In this document: piece after piece, positions 26,424 to 27,219 of the stretch
Position numbering within the stretch: the stretch's first letter is position 1
How the letters are laid out: the number at the start of each line of letters is the position of its first letter
Assembly: GCA_036503375.1 (NCBI GenBank)
Contig: DASXWZ010000076.1
Span: 1 to 27,219, forward strand
Length of the DNA stretch: 27,219 nt
From: Rhodanobacteraceae bacterium
GTDB lineage: Bacteria > Pseudomonadota > Gammaproteobacteria > Xanthomonadales > Rhodanobacteraceae
Direction of reading: 5' to 3'
Program-made: the position numbers and the translations under genes
Notes under the pieces: generated by a model
What the model saw: the letters and a program-made list of their open reading frames with translations, nothing else
Database searches by the model: none
Told to the model about the DNA's origin: nothing

Positions 26424-26514
26424 GGGTGCGATCCATAAATGCCTAAGCGTCGCATCAAACGAGATGTAGACGCGCCACTGTTCCTCGCAAAGCATCAAAA
26501 AACTGTTGCGAAAG

Positions 26515-26549
26515 GGACAAAAAGCGGACATCATGCCCGCAATTAGTCC
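26515..26549. promoter_or_regulatory. Symmetric operator-like element overlapping a predicted promoter of the methyltransferase gene
   Basis: GGAC-N5-GCGGAC-N5-GCCCGC-N5-GTCC, with its axis at 26532. It overlaps TTGCGA (26506-26511)-N17-CATCAT (26529-26534). Confidence 0.55.
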
Positions 26550-26568
26550 ACCTGCTTGCGAGGGCAAT

Positions 26569-27219
26569 ATGGAAAACGCACGGCATCTACTCGCGAGCTT
26601 GCGGGGTCGCTACAGCCAAAAGGAACTGGCTGCCATTTTGGAAACCGATGTTCGCACCCTGAGGCGATGGGAACTCGGTGAAACCGAACCACCGAAATAC
26701 CTGCCGGACGCGATTCGTCAACGTCTCCTGCCGTTGGCCAGTTACAACAACGACTCAGCGTTCACTTTCATTGATCTCTTCGCAGGAATCGGCGGAATAC
26801 GTGCAGGTTTCGAGACGCACGGCGGGCGGTGTGTGTTCACCAGTGAGTGGAATTCGTACGCACAAAAGACCTATCTCGACAACTTTCCGCATTCTGCACA
26901 CGCTTTTGCAGGCGACATCACCAAGGTTGATGAACGCGACGTTCCCGACCACGACGTACTGCTCGCTGGGTTTCCATGCCAGCCTTTCAGCATCGCGGGT
27001 GTCTCGAAGAAGAATGCACTCGGTCGTGCCCATGGGTTCGCAGACGAGACTCAAGGGACGTTGTTCTTTGATGTTGCTCGCATCATTGCGACAAAACGGC
27101 CCAAGGCGTTCCTGCTGGAAAACGTGAAGAACCTGATCAGCCACGACAAAGGCAATACCTTTCGCGTGATCCAGAAGGCGTTGGAGAAGGATCTGCGCTA
27201 TCACGTCCAATGGAAGGTG
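26569..27219 (+). CDS. dcm: C5-cytosine DNA methyltransferase, Dcm/EcoRII-like, with N-terminal Xre-type HTH (partial, runs off the window)
   Basis: Translated by hand: MENARHLL...YSQKELAAILETDVRTLRRWELGETEPP (HTH), then FIDLFAGIGG (motif I), GDIT, LLAGFPCQPFSIAGVSKKNALGRAHGF (motif IV) and ENVKNL (motif VI). Open to the window end; not in the ORF track. Confidence 0.93.
   Translation, partial: MENARHLLASLRGRYSQKELAAILETDVRTLRRWELGETEPPKYLPDAIRQRLLPLASYNNDSAFTFIDLFAGIGGIRAGFETHGGRCVFTSEWNSYAQKTYLDNFPHSAHAFAGDITKVDERDVPDHDVLLAGFPCQPFSIAGVSKKNALGRAHGFADETQGTLFFDVARIIATKRPKAFLLENVKNLISHDKGNTFRVIQKALEKDLRYHVQWKV

Overview
GC-rich gammaproteobacterial chromosome segment. Xanthomonadales (possibly Rhodanobacteraceae) is inferred from the gene order and the RpoD N-terminus. 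Bases 1-11.6 kb are core: fmt 3' end, rsmB, an envelope/lipid A cluster (two ArnT-family transferases, a YrbL-like kinase, a GT2, a TPR protein, two tandem LpxL-family acyltransferases), dtd and rpoD. Bases 11.7-15.9 kb hold a NYN nuclease, a coupled alkylation-repair operon (ada lacking its AraC HTH, Oxygenase-NA/DUF2086, alkB), SnoaL-like and DUF1579-like genes and tRNA-Ile2(CAT). Bases 16-26.3 kb are accessory: hemerythrin-like, MscS, DUF3606, small membrane proteins, an ExoIII-like nuclease, an outer-membrane barrel, an MFS, a D-aminoacylase-like enzyme, a DUF2383-like protein and a Rox-like FAD monooxygenase broken by one in-frame TAG. The window ends in an AT-richer HTH-fused Dcm-type methyltransferase that the ORF track missed. 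The most notable signal is a perfect 19-bp palindrome (GGGGCTTGCCGCAAGCCCC) about 60 bp upstream of the Rox-like gene. It matches my recollection of the actinobacterial rifamycin-associated element (RAE) and is coupled to a divergent promoter plus a short hairpin/terminator unit. No alignments or database searches were run: family calls rest on recognised motifs, and all promoter calls are predictions.
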